Source: an uncultured Candidatus Saccharibacteria bacterium (GTDB lineage Bacteria; Patescibacteriota; Dojkabacteria; SC72; JAFGCJ01). Taken from it: 64,000 nt of DNA. Positions 38,790-47,410 of this stretch are shown piece by piece (the first letter of the stretch is position 1; the number at the start of each line of letters is the position of its first letter). Location of the stretch: NCBI GenBank assembly GCA_964481345.1, contig CAYZTC010000001.1, positions 71,766-135,765 of the forward strand, read 5' to 3'. The notes below the pieces were generated by a model. It was not told the origin of the DNA, did no database searches, and saw only the letters and a list, made by a program, of their open reading frames with translations. The translations under genes were made by a program, and so were the position numbers.

Positions 38790-38917
38790 ATTTCCAGTCT
38801 ATCACAACAAGTCTTTAATAATCAAAAGTTGACAAGTATCCGATAGCCATTCTGCTACCTCTCAAATATCCTAAAATCTTGCTAGAGCAATAATTCCCAT
38901 GCTATACTTCCGTTGAA

Positions 38918-39211
38918 ATGGCAAATTTACCATCATCAAAAAAAGCCGCAAGACAAACAAAAAAGAGAACCAGTCGAAACGAGAAGGCAAGAAGCAAGAT
39001 AAATAGTCTTGTAAAAAAGACTCTGAAGTTAGTCAGTCTTGGTGAAGAAAAGCTTGCAAAACAGCAGCTTAAGTCTACATATAAAGCAATCGATAAGGCA
39101 GCAAAGAAAAATATCGTTCATCCCAATAAAGCTGCCAGGATGAAATCCAGTCTCGCAAAGAAAATTAGTAACATTAATAAGGATGTCAAAACTGCTCCGA
39201 AAAATTCTTAA
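38918..39211 (+). CDS. rpsT: 30S ribosomal protein S20
   Basis: MANLPSSKKAARQTKKRTSRNEKARS start. Preceded by a TTGCTA-18-TATACT promoter-like sequence. Confidence 0.9.
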   Translation: MANLPSSKKAARQTKKRTSRNEKARSKINSLVKKTLKLVSLGEEKLAKQQLKSTYKAIDKAAKKNIVHPNKAARMKSSLAKKISNINKDVKTAPKNS

Positions 39212-39734
39212 GGCAGCAGTGTTTCCAGCTGCCCTCTTGATTGTCAGTAAACTAGCAGGACTGTCGCTGGTTAATAAGATATTTGATTTAGGTTGGGAGC
39301 TTGAAACAAACATCGGAACTTTGTTTTCTGTAAGAATAAGCTACCCAGACTCCTCTTCTGTATTAGTAAGCAACTCATACTCAAATCTTATAATGTTAAT
39401 TGCAATGTTACTTGGTACGGCCATAGTAATATTCCAGGGATATTTTCTTCACACTTCACACCAAAACCCAAGAGTTCTTGTAAAGCTAATGGACATCAAT
39501 TTTATTATGTGGATGACTGACAGCGAAACCCTCTTTCCAAAACTTGCCGTTTGGATCGGTTTCCTATGGGTTACAACTCTAATAATAATTACCCAGACAA
39601 CTCAGGGAATATCTGATCCCTGGATAGCAACTTTCGCCCTTGTATTAACAATTATCGTGACATGGCTGGCCATAATGGACTTTGAAAGGGAAATTGACAC
39701 AATAATTCCAGAAAATGGTAAACTAGGAGTATGA
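39183..39734 (+). CDS. hypothetical integral membrane protein (183 aa)
   Basis: Five or more TM helices. Overlaps the rpsT end. Confidence 0.4.
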   Translation: MSKLLRKILKAAVFPAALLIVSKLAGLSLVNKIFDLGWELETNIGTLFSVRISYPDSSSVLVSNSYSNLIMLIAMLLGTAIVIFQGYFLHTSHQNPRVLVKLMDINFIMWMTDSETLFPKLAVWIGFLWVTTLIIITQTTQGISDPWIATFALVLTIIVTWLAIMDFEREIDTIIPENGKLGV

Positions 39735-40291
39735 CAAAACGCCCAAAATCATCATCATGGTTTGAAAAATTTGCAGATCCTTTTCTTGTGTTTGCGATAT
39801 TTGCTCTGTTTATTATTCCAGCAATTACAGTATTCAATCTTACTCCCATTCAATTCAGCAAACCTAAGGATGATTCAGTACTAGGTATCGCAGAAACTGA
39901 TATTGTTACCATCACCGAAAGTTCAGAAGAAAATGATGGCATTTCTGTCATTTCTCTTGATCAACCTAATGATAGAAGCTATCAGTTCGAAATAAAGCAT
40001 CTCACACATACCGCCGGAAAATATGAGAACCTAATTTTCACAGCAGAAAATCATACAGATGAAAAAAGAAGTATTAAAGTTACATCAAAGCTAGAGATTA
40101 CAGATCCAGGCTCGAAAGTTTCACTTAAGGCAGGGGGTATGAATTATGTATTACTAAAAGAAGATGGCACCCTTTATCCTGCAACAATATACTTAGATCC
40201 AAATGAAAAACTTGAAGTATCACTCATCATTGAAAGCCCAGTTGACATAAACTTCATCTCCTACATCAATCTAGATGTTTATACCGAGTAG
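39731..40291 (+). CDS. hypothetical TM-anchored extracytoplasmic protein (186 aa)
   Basis: Start overlaps the stop of the previous gene. One N-terminal TM helix. Confidence 0.4.
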   Translation: MTKRPKSSSWFEKFADPFLVFAIFALFIIPAITVFNLTPIQFSKPKDDSVLGIAETDIVTITESSEENDGISVISLDQPNDRSYQFEIKHLTHTAGKYENLIFTAENHTDEKRSIKVTSKLEITDPGSKVSLKAGGMNYVLLKEDGTLYPATIYLDPNEKLEVSLIIESPVDINFISYINLDVYTE

Positions 40292-40310
40292 ATTTATTAA
40301 GCAGGCATTT

Positions 40311-40715
40311 TCAACAGTTTTTCTTGTCTATTAGTGACTCCATAACACCAAATACATTTCTTTCACAATTAAGAACTTGAGAAAGGTTATTCACAACAAA
40401 GTTCAACAAGCTAGCGTCCTTTAGAACTTCAAAAACCATTACTCCATTACTTTGAATTGCGTTAATCCACCTAGGCGTTAAAATATCTCTCCAGTAAGTA
40501 TAAGGATCCTCAAAGGAGCCCAACACTTTTTCATAACTGCCCTCTCTCGACTCTAATTCTTCCACAATAATTTTCAGGTAGCTAACTAAAGAAGTGTATT
40601 CCATATTATCCATTAAATTGAACACTGAAATAGACGAAGGTATCTCCTTTAACAACGTTTCATCTGAGGCATTAGATATTGAAATTCTAAATAACTCTTT
40701 AGTTTCCTCGTTCAT
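40311..40715 (-). CDS. hypothetical protein (134 aa), translationally coupled to the upstream regulator
   Basis: Start abuts the stop of the 363-aa gene. No motifs. Confidence 0.4.
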   Translation of the reverse strand: MNEETKELFRISISNASDETLLKEIPSSISVFNLMDNMEYTSLVSYLKIIVEELESREGSYEKVLGSFEDPYTYWRDILTPRWINAIQSNGVMVFEVLKDASLLNFVVNNLSQVLNCERNVFGVMESLIDKKNC

Positions 40716-41807
40716 TTATTTTTCACTAAATATATATCCTTTACCGTGGGCAGTGAGGATGGTATCGCGTGGGATTTCGAGTAGTTCAAGTTTGTCCCTA
40801 ATTCTTCTGATAAGTTGAGAGATTGCAGATTCAGAATATTTTTCAAGTATCCTAGTTTTCCAGAGTGTAGTTGCTATGTCATCTTTTGAAATAATGTCTC
40901 CCTTTGATTGATATAAAAGCTTTAGTACATCTAATTCCTGTTCTGAAAATATATAAGTAACAGACATATTTCCTACCTTTACCCTGTTTCCAACAAAAGA
41001 AATTGAGTTAGTCATCAGTAATTTCCGTATTCCAGCATGCTCCTTCAAATACAAATACGGATCATCACCATTCTTCATACCAGCCAAGGCCATACAACAC
41101 GCTTTAATAAGCATTGGCCTTCCTCTTGAAATTCTCCTAATTGCCTTTATCTCTTTTTCATCAAACCTTTTTCCTAAAACATTTGACCATCTCTTAATTG
41201 AGTATTTAACATCGGCATCAGCTACCTCATTAAATTCTACAACTCTTTGGTTAAGTAACTCTGAAATTCTAGAAAACCTTTTGTCATCTAAATTAAATCC
41301 CCCCGTATAGGCAATAAAAACAATACCTAGATTATCAACGCCAGATACAAAAGAACGAATATTGCCCCAAAAGTATTTATCTGCAAAATCTAGATAGTTT
41401 ATTGCCCTGAAAAACAGCACAACCTTTTTCCTTTGTGTCAGCTCCGCTAATCTCTTTCTAATATCCTTCAATAATCTGCTATACCTCTTGCTAAACCTCT
41501 TATCACCAAGTTCACTATAAACCAGCCTCATATACTCATACTTATTCCCACCCTCAAGATCATCCGAGTCAACAAACACAAACTGACAATCTCCTATACT
41601 AACATCCATATTCCACCTTTCAACCAAATACCCAAACTCCTCAATAAAAAATTTTGGAAGTGCCCTACCACCTCCAAAATTATTCTTAACTATAAAAGTT
41701 ACAGGAAATCCCCCAATCGCTGGTAACATAATCTCCCTAAATAGTCGCCTTGTGCTACTCTCGGTCAGAGGAAAGAAAAATTGTGATTTTCTAGATAACT
41801 TTTTCAC
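40716..41807 (-). CDS. transcriptional regulator with C-terminal OmpR/PhoB-type winged-helix DNA-binding domain and uncharacterised ~260-aa N-terminal domain
   Basis: C-terminus ELDVLKLLYQS...ISQLIRRIRDKLE...ILTAHGKGYIF matches trans_reg_C. No receiver domain and no Walker A in the N-terminal part. Confidence 0.55.
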   Translation of the reverse strand: MKKLSRKSQFFFPLTESSTRRLFREIMLPAIGGFPVTFIVKNNFGGGRALPKFFIEEFGYLVERWNMDVSIGDCQFVFVDSDDLEGGNKYEYMRLVYSELGDKRFSKRYSRLLKDIRKRLAELTQRKKVVLFFRAINYLDFADKYFWGNIRSFVSGVDNLGIVFIAYTGGFNLDDKRFSRISELLNQRVVEFNEVADADVKYSIKRWSNVLGKRFDEKEIKAIRRISRGRPMLIKACCMALAGMKNGDDPYLYLKEHAGIRKLLMTNSISFVGNRVKVGNMSVTYIFSEQELDVLKLLYQSKGDIISKDDIATTLWKTRILEKYSESAISQLIRRIRDKLELLEIPRDTILTAHGKGYIFSEK

Positions 41808-41909
41808 CAGCGGTATGGTTAATTTAACTGATGGCAGTTATCCGGTTGGGATTATATCAATAATTTACCCTTTACAACAAACAAAATTTCGCTTATAAAG
41901 AAGTTCGCA

Positions 41910-43703
41910 ATGAACAAGATCAGAAATTTTTCAATAATTGCACACATAGACCATGGCAAATCTACCCTGTCAGACAGATTTCTAGAGATTACCGGGCTAA
42001 AAGACCCAAAAGATAAAAAATCATCAAGAGTACTTGATAGACTCGAACTTGAACAAGAAAAAGGCATTACAATCAAACTCCAAGCGGTAAGAATGCAATA
42101 CAAAGGATACACATTAAACCTTATCGATACCCCGGGACACGTAGATTTTTCATACGAAGTATCCAGATCACTTACGGCCTGTGAAGGAGCGATCCTCCTT
42201 GTAGATGCAACCCAAGGAGTACAAGCACAAACAATATCAAACCTAAGAAATGCTCTCAACCTAAACCTAGAGATTATCCCAGTCCTAAACAAAATTGATG
42301 TGGAAGGAATAGATATTGAAGAAAGAATAAAAGAGTTCTGTGATATCACAGGATTTCTCAAAGATGAAGTCCTGCTTGCCTCAGGTAAAACTGGAGAAGG
42401 AACTGAAAAAATCCTTCGAGAAATAATCGATAAAATTCCACCACCATCGGGAAAGAAAAGCTTACCTCTTAGAGCATTAATCTTTGACTCGTTCTATAAC
42501 GAACACAAAGGTGTCATTGCTGCAGTTAGAATCGTAGATGGAAAACTAAAATACGATAATCAAACACCACTATACCTTTTAAAAAATAAAGGACAATTTA
42601 CTTCAAAAGAAATTGGATATTTCACACCAGATTTTTCTCCATCAAAAAAACTAAAAACTGGAGAGGTAGGATATATTGCCACTGGATTAAAAGATATAAA
42701 ACTTTTTACAGTTGGAGATACCATCTCAGATGATCCAAAAACAAACCCATTATCTGGATATCAAAGTCCAAAGCCCATGGTATTTGCCACCCTGTTTCCT
42801 ACTGAGCCAGATGACTTTCCAGACTTTTCTGAAGCCATAAATAAACTCAGTATGAATGATGCGTCTCTTACGGTATCTCCACAAAAATCAAACATCCTTG
42901 GATCTGGATATAAATGTGGATTTCTAGGAATGCTACATATGGAAATTATCCAAGAAAGACTTGACCGAGAATACGAAGTACCAATAATAATTACTGCACC
43001 ATCGGTAGAATACAAGGCCAAGTTAACTGACGGAAACCAACTGTTAATTCAGACCTCAGGAGACTTTCCTGACCCAAGTAAAATAAAAGAAACTCAAGAG
43101 CCCTGGATAGAAATAGAACTATTTACGCCGGAAGAGTACATTGGAGAGATGATGGAACTTAGTCAAAACAACAGAGCTATATACATAAACACGGAATACA
43201 TAAAAGCAGACAGAGACTTTTCAATAAGATACGTTGTACTCAAATACGAAATGCCCATGATGTCACTAATCACAAACTTTTTCGATAGAGTAAAATCACT
43301 ATCACACGGTTATGCATCCATAGATTATTACCCAATCGAGTACAGACCCTCAGACATCGTAAAGGTCTCTATACTTGTTAACAAAGATGAAGTACCAGCA
43401 TTAAGCTTTTTGTCACACAGAAACTCAGCAGAGCAAAAATCAAGAAAAGTCCTAGAAACCCTTAAAAATTCCATACCCAGACATCAGTTCAAGATTGCTC
43501 TTCAATCAGCAATCGGTGGAAAAATAATTGCAAGAAAAGATATAAGTGCCCGAAGAAAAGATGTAACTGCTAAACTATATGGTGGAGACGTAACAAGAAA
43601 AAGAAAGCTCCTAGAGAAACAAAAGAAAGGCAAAAAGAAACTAAGAGAAATCGGTGGAGTAAATATCCCACAGAAGGCATTCCTTGCCGTTGTACAATCA
43701 TGA
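41910..43703 (+). CDS. lepA: elongation factor 4
   Basis: IRNFSIIAHIDHGKSTL, DTPGHVDF, NKID, LepA C-terminal domain. Confidence 0.95.
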   Translation: MNKIRNFSIIAHIDHGKSTLSDRFLEITGLKDPKDKKSSRVLDRLELEQEKGITIKLQAVRMQYKGYTLNLIDTPGHVDFSYEVSRSLTACEGAILLVDATQGVQAQTISNLRNALNLNLEIIPVLNKIDVEGIDIEERIKEFCDITGFLKDEVLLASGKTGEGTEKILREIIDKIPPPSGKKSLPLRALIFDSFYNEHKGVIAAVRIVDGKLKYDNQTPLYLLKNKGQFTSKEIGYFTPDFSPSKKLKTGEVGYIATGLKDIKLFTVGDTISDDPKTNPLSGYQSPKPMVFATLFPTEPDDFPDFSEAINKLSMNDASLTVSPQKSNILGSGYKCGFLGMLHMEIIQERLDREYEVPIIITAPSVEYKAKLTDGNQLLIQTSGDFPDPSKIKETQEPWIEIELFTPEEYIGEMMELSQNNRAIYINTEYIKADRDFSIRYVVLKYEMPMMSLITNFFDRVKSLSHGYASIDYYPIEYRPSDIVKVSILVNKDEVPALSFLSHRNSAEQKSRKVLETLKNSIPRHQFKIALQSAIGGKIIARKDISARRKDVTAKLYGGDVTRKRKLLEKQKKGKKKLREIGGVNIPQKAFLAVVQS

Positions 43704-44809
43704 GAATACAAAAACTAAAAATATACAACTTCAGACGGTTTGAAAAGAAAGAACTCAAATTTGATAACGATATTTCTGTTATTGTTGGCCCCAATGCAAA
43801 AGGGAAAAGCACTATAATTGAAGCTGTTCATATGCTTTCAACTGGTCAATCCCCTTGGACCTCAGACAATTCGGCAATAGTTAGATACCTTCCAAAAGGT
43901 AAACCAAAAGATGGAAGGATTGAAGCAGATGTGAAAATAAACAGCGCTATTAAAAACATTGCTCTTATAATCAAAAGCAACAACGGTTCTACAGTTAAAC
44001 AGTATAAAATAAATAACAAACCAACCACTAAGTCAAAGTTTATTCAAAACCTTAGTACTGTAATTTTCAGCCCTGATTTAATAGATGTACTTATGTTCGA
44101 GCCAAGACAAAGAAGGCTCTTCTTAGACTCATACATCTCAAAAACGGATATTGAATACGAAGACCAAATCCAAAAATTCGAAAAGTCAATAAGACAAAGA
44201 AACAGTTTACTCAAGATGCTTTCGAAAAAAAATGTAATCACCCAATCAGACAGAAATAACTTGAAATTCTGGACAGACAAAATTATTAACTTTGGCACAG
44301 CAATCACACTGAAAAGAATAGAGTTTGTAGAAAAAATAAACCAGGTCAATCTTAAACTATATCCCAATATTATTAAGTACAAGCCAAGTTTGGAAATAAC
44401 AGAAATTGAAGCACTCGCTGACACAAAGTACGTCAAAAGAACATATAAAGAAATGCTTAATAAAAAATTTACTAAAGAGGTCGCACTCGGAATAACCCTT
44501 GTAGGACCGCACAGAGACGACTGGATCCTCACCTACAAAGGAAAGAACTTAAACAAATATGGATCAAGAGGTGAAAAAAGAATGGCTATTTCAGATATTG
44601 CATTTAAAATGAATCAGCTGCTCACTGAACAATACAATGAGACCCCTGTTATTCTTTTGGATGACATCTCATCAGAGCTTGATGAAAAGAATATAAAAAG
44701 ACTTTTTAATGAAAAGATTCAGCCAGGCCAGCAAACAATAATTACAACCACCAATCAAAAAGAACTTGAAAGACATACCGGAAAGCATTCTCAAATCATA
44801 AAGCTATAA
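43700..44809 (+). CDS. recF: DNA replication and repair protein RecF
   Basis: Walker A GPNAKGKST and the SMC-like signature region; 369 aa. Confidence 0.85.
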   Translation: MRIQKLKIYNFRRFEKKELKFDNDISVIVGPNAKGKSTIIEAVHMLSTGQSPWTSDNSAIVRYLPKGKPKDGRIEADVKINSAIKNIALIIKSNNGSTVKQYKINNKPTTKSKFIQNLSTVIFSPDLIDVLMFEPRQRRLFLDSYISKTDIEYEDQIQKFEKSIRQRNSLLKMLSKKNVITQSDRNNLKFWTDKIINFGTAITLKRIEFVEKINQVNLKLYPNIIKYKPSLEITEIEALADTKYVKRTYKEMLNKKFTKEVALGITLVGPHRDDWILTYKGKNLNKYGSRGEKRMAISDIAFKMNQLLTEQYNETPVILLDDISSELDEKNIKRLFNEKIQPGQQTIITTTNQKELERHTGKHSQIIKL

Positions 44810-45625
44810 CTTCTCCTCAAGCATATCTCTCCTCTTTTCCCACACTTTATTTTCATCAAAAAAGGTTACTCTGTTCCTAGAAATACTAGAGTTCTTCATT
44901 GAATGTTTCATTATTTTCATAAATACAATCTGAAGCCTCATTGCAAGATAATCCAGTATATCAATAAACTGCGAAATAATGGATATTCTTATAAACTTTA
45001 TTTGCTCATACTTAGGAATTTTTAACTCCGGAAAGTATTCTTTGACCCATCTGTTTTCTGAAAGCAGCACACCATAATATTCTTTTTTGTAAACTGACTT
45101 TAACATTACAGTTTCGAGAGCTGTCAAAAATCTATAATTTCGTTTTATGTCCAGACTCAAATTTTCCTCAGAAGTATAAAAGTTGATACATAACTTGTCC
45201 TTTGTTTGCTTCTTCCAAAGTACCCTTCTCACTCCCAGGAAATAAAACAGTACTGCCTCTATTCCTCTAGTCAGCCACAATCTATTTTTGGCGGTCACAA
45301 TAAAAATATCTATATCTGATTCCTCTTCGGCATTACCGAACGAAACGGCTCCAGAAACAGCGGCGAATCTCACCCAGGGAATAAATTTAAATAGCCTAGC
45401 CAATTTTCTAGCATATTTTATCTTCCTAGCACTCACCCTCAGTTTAGTTTTATTTAAAAGTACCTCTTTTCTACCCACCAAACCCCCACTTACAATATAT
45501 TCTTTATTATACTTAAGATACCGCCCTACAACATCCCTTCCATATAAACCATAAAGAGTGGATAATTTCACAGGACACTTGTATATATCTTCAAGGATTA
45601 GTAATTTATTAAGGCTATTTTCCAA
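44804..45625 (-). CDS. Pol-beta-superfamily nucleotidyltransferase domain protein
   Basis: GS-x9-DxD signature (SGAVSFGNAEEESDIDIFIV). Rest unassigned. Confidence 0.5.
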   Translation of the reverse strand: MENSLNKLLILEDIYKCPVKLSTLYGLYGRDVVGRYLKYNKEYIVSGGLVGRKEVLLNKTKLRVSARKIKYARKLARLFKFIPWVRFAAVSGAVSFGNAEEESDIDIFIVTAKNRLWLTRGIEAVLFYFLGVRRVLWKKQTKDKLCINFYTSEENLSLDIKRNYRFLTALETVMLKSVYKKEYYGVLLSENRWVKEYFPELKIPKYEQIKFIRISIISQFIDILDYLAMRLQIVFMKIMKHSMKNSSISRNRVTFFDENKVWEKRRDMLEEKL

Positions 45626-45653
45626 TCTATATCAAATTTGTTAAACTTATTGA

Positions 45654-46745
45654 TTGAATCGATTATACTACCAATATTATTACTTTATGAAGAGTCACGC
45701 TGTCCCACAAGAAATAATGTCAATGGAGTTTAAACTCTTTGGTAACTTCATGACATTAAGAGAATTTATATTTGTAGCTTCAGGAATAGCCTTAGCCTGG
45801 TTTTTTTATATACTAAAAAACACCGGCGTGCTTCCTCCAATACTCGCTTGGCCCGCTATTATTACGTTTGGAGTTGGAGGTGCAATATTCGGATTACTAC
45901 CCCTACAAGATAGAACAATCGACCAATGGATCCTCAATTTCATACTCGCAATAAGAAAACCTACCCTCAGAATATGGAAAAAACCTGGATTTGAGCCTAT
46001 TACAAAAGAAGATAAAGAGATTGTCTCACTGAAAGGCAGACTCGTTCCACCGGTAAAACCCAAGGCCTCTCACTCCACCAAAAAAATTGTATCAGCACAA
46101 GAAAAAGTTACAGATGAGCAGGCAGAAAAACAGGTACAAGCAAGCCTTTCAAGAATAGATAACACCATTTCACAAGTGGAAAGAGGACTTCAATCTGTCC
46201 CAAGACGACCAAAGCCTGTCCAAACTCCAGCACCACAACCAGTGCAACAAATAAAAGCAAGACCAATGGTATATAAAAGGAAAATGATCACTAAGGGCTC
46301 TGTTAACTTAATAGAACCACAAATTTCAAAACAGGGTACAAAGCCTAAACCTACCTTAAAACAACCCACTGTAATTCCAACCGCTCAGCCAGTTCAGCCT
46401 GTCAAAACAAGTAAAAAAGTCATCGAGCTAAACGACTCAACCTTTCAAAAATATGCATCACCTGAAGAAATACCAAACTTGCAGAAGCATCCAAACACAT
46501 TGAACATGATAGTTAAAGATAAAGAAGGAAAAATAGTTGAGGGGGTTGTATGTGTAATTAAAAATCCTGAGGGAAGTCCAATAAGAGCTGCAGTATCAAA
46601 TGACTTTGGACAGATTATTAATAACAACCCTTTGGATAACGGCAAATATAAGGTAACATTATCAAAAGAAGGAATGGGCTTTCCAGAATTAAGCATGGAT
46701 CTTTCAGGGAAAAACTATCCAATTTTAGAAATTACTGCCCAATAA
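45654..46745 (+). CDS. PrgI/VirB3-like T4SS membrane protein fused to a C-terminal carboxypeptidase-regulatory-like beta-sandwich domain
   Basis: Two TM helices followed by DRTIDQWILNFILAI, the PrgI-family arrangement. Pro/Gln-rich linker, then GKIVEGVVCVIKNPEGSPIRAAVSNDFG...GKYKVTLSKEG, which is CarboxypepD_reg-like. Confidence 0.5.
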   Translation: MNRLYYQYYYFMKSHAVPQEIMSMEFKLFGNFMTLREFIFVASGIALAWFFYILKNTGVLPPILAWPAIITFGVGGAIFGLLPLQDRTIDQWILNFILAIRKPTLRIWKKPGFEPITKEDKEIVSLKGRLVPPVKPKASHSTKKIVSAQEKVTDEQAEKQVQASLSRIDNTISQVERGLQSVPRRPKPVQTPAPQPVQQIKARPMVYKRKMITKGSVNLIEPQISKQGTKPKPTLKQPTVIPTAQPVQPVKTSKKVIELNDSTFQKYASPEEIPNLQKHPNTLNMIVKDKEGKIVEGVVCVIKNPEGSPIRAAVSNDFGQIINNNPLDNGKYKVTLSKEGMGFPELSMDLSGKNYPILEITAQ

Positions 46746-47410
46746 TGCCATCTATTGATACGTCAAAATTACCATCAACACAAGAACACCTAGACATTGA
46801 GGTAATAATGGACGACCTTGTAATTCTTAAGGATGGGACATTTGCACTTGTAATGCAGACTACCGCTGTCAACTTTGATCTACTATCAGAGCCAGAGCAG
46901 GATGCAAAGATAATGCTTTTTGGTCAACTTTTGAACTCTCTAAACCACTCCTTCCAGATTTTGATTAGAACAAAAACCGTAAACATCAGCAATTATATCG
47001 ACTACTTAAGATCGTTTGAGAAAAAGCAACTATCTGCAGGCCTAAAGAAGCAAATTGGCATATACACAAGGTTTGTCCAAAACTTAATAATAAAAAATGA
47101 GGTGTTAGATAAGAGCTTCTATATAGTAGTACCATATAGAACATTTGGTCCAATCAAGCCACCGAATCCGTTATCCCAGCTGAAGCAAGAAGATAAGAAA
47201 CAGTTCACAAATGCAGAAAAACAAATTGGACAGGCAAAATCATATCTGTTTCCTAAAAGAGATCATATTATTAAACAGATTCATAGAATAGGACTTCAGG
47301 CACACCAGCTAACATCAAAAGAACTTACAGAACTTTTCTATGAAATTTATAACATGGTAGAAAGCAAGATAGATTTCATTGAAGAAGGAGAACAAAATGA
47401 ACGAAAATAA
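46745..47410 (+). CDS. hypothetical protein resembling the extreme N-terminal segment of VirB4/TraE ATPases; overlaps the next ORF by 32 nt in another frame
   Basis: DGTFALVMQTTAVNFDLLSEPEQDAKIMLFGQLLNSL...QILIRTK resembles the start of Gram-positive VirB4 homologues. That segment appears to be missing from the 714-aa ORF. Confidence 0.4.
   Translation: MPSIDTSKLPSTQEHLDIEVIMDDLVILKDGTFALVMQTTAVNFDLLSEPEQDAKIMLFGQLLNSLNHSFQILIRTKTVNISNYIDYLRSFEKKQLSAGLKKQIGIYTRFVQNLIIKNEVLDKSFYIVVPYRTFGPIKPPNPLSQLKQEDKKQFTNAEKQIGQAKSYLFPKRDHIIKQIHRIGLQAHQLTSKELTELFYEIYNMVESKIDFIEEGEQNERK

Noticed and set aside
41852-42361. 169-aa minus-strand ORF
   Set aside because: Entirely antisense to the highly conserved lepA 5' region.
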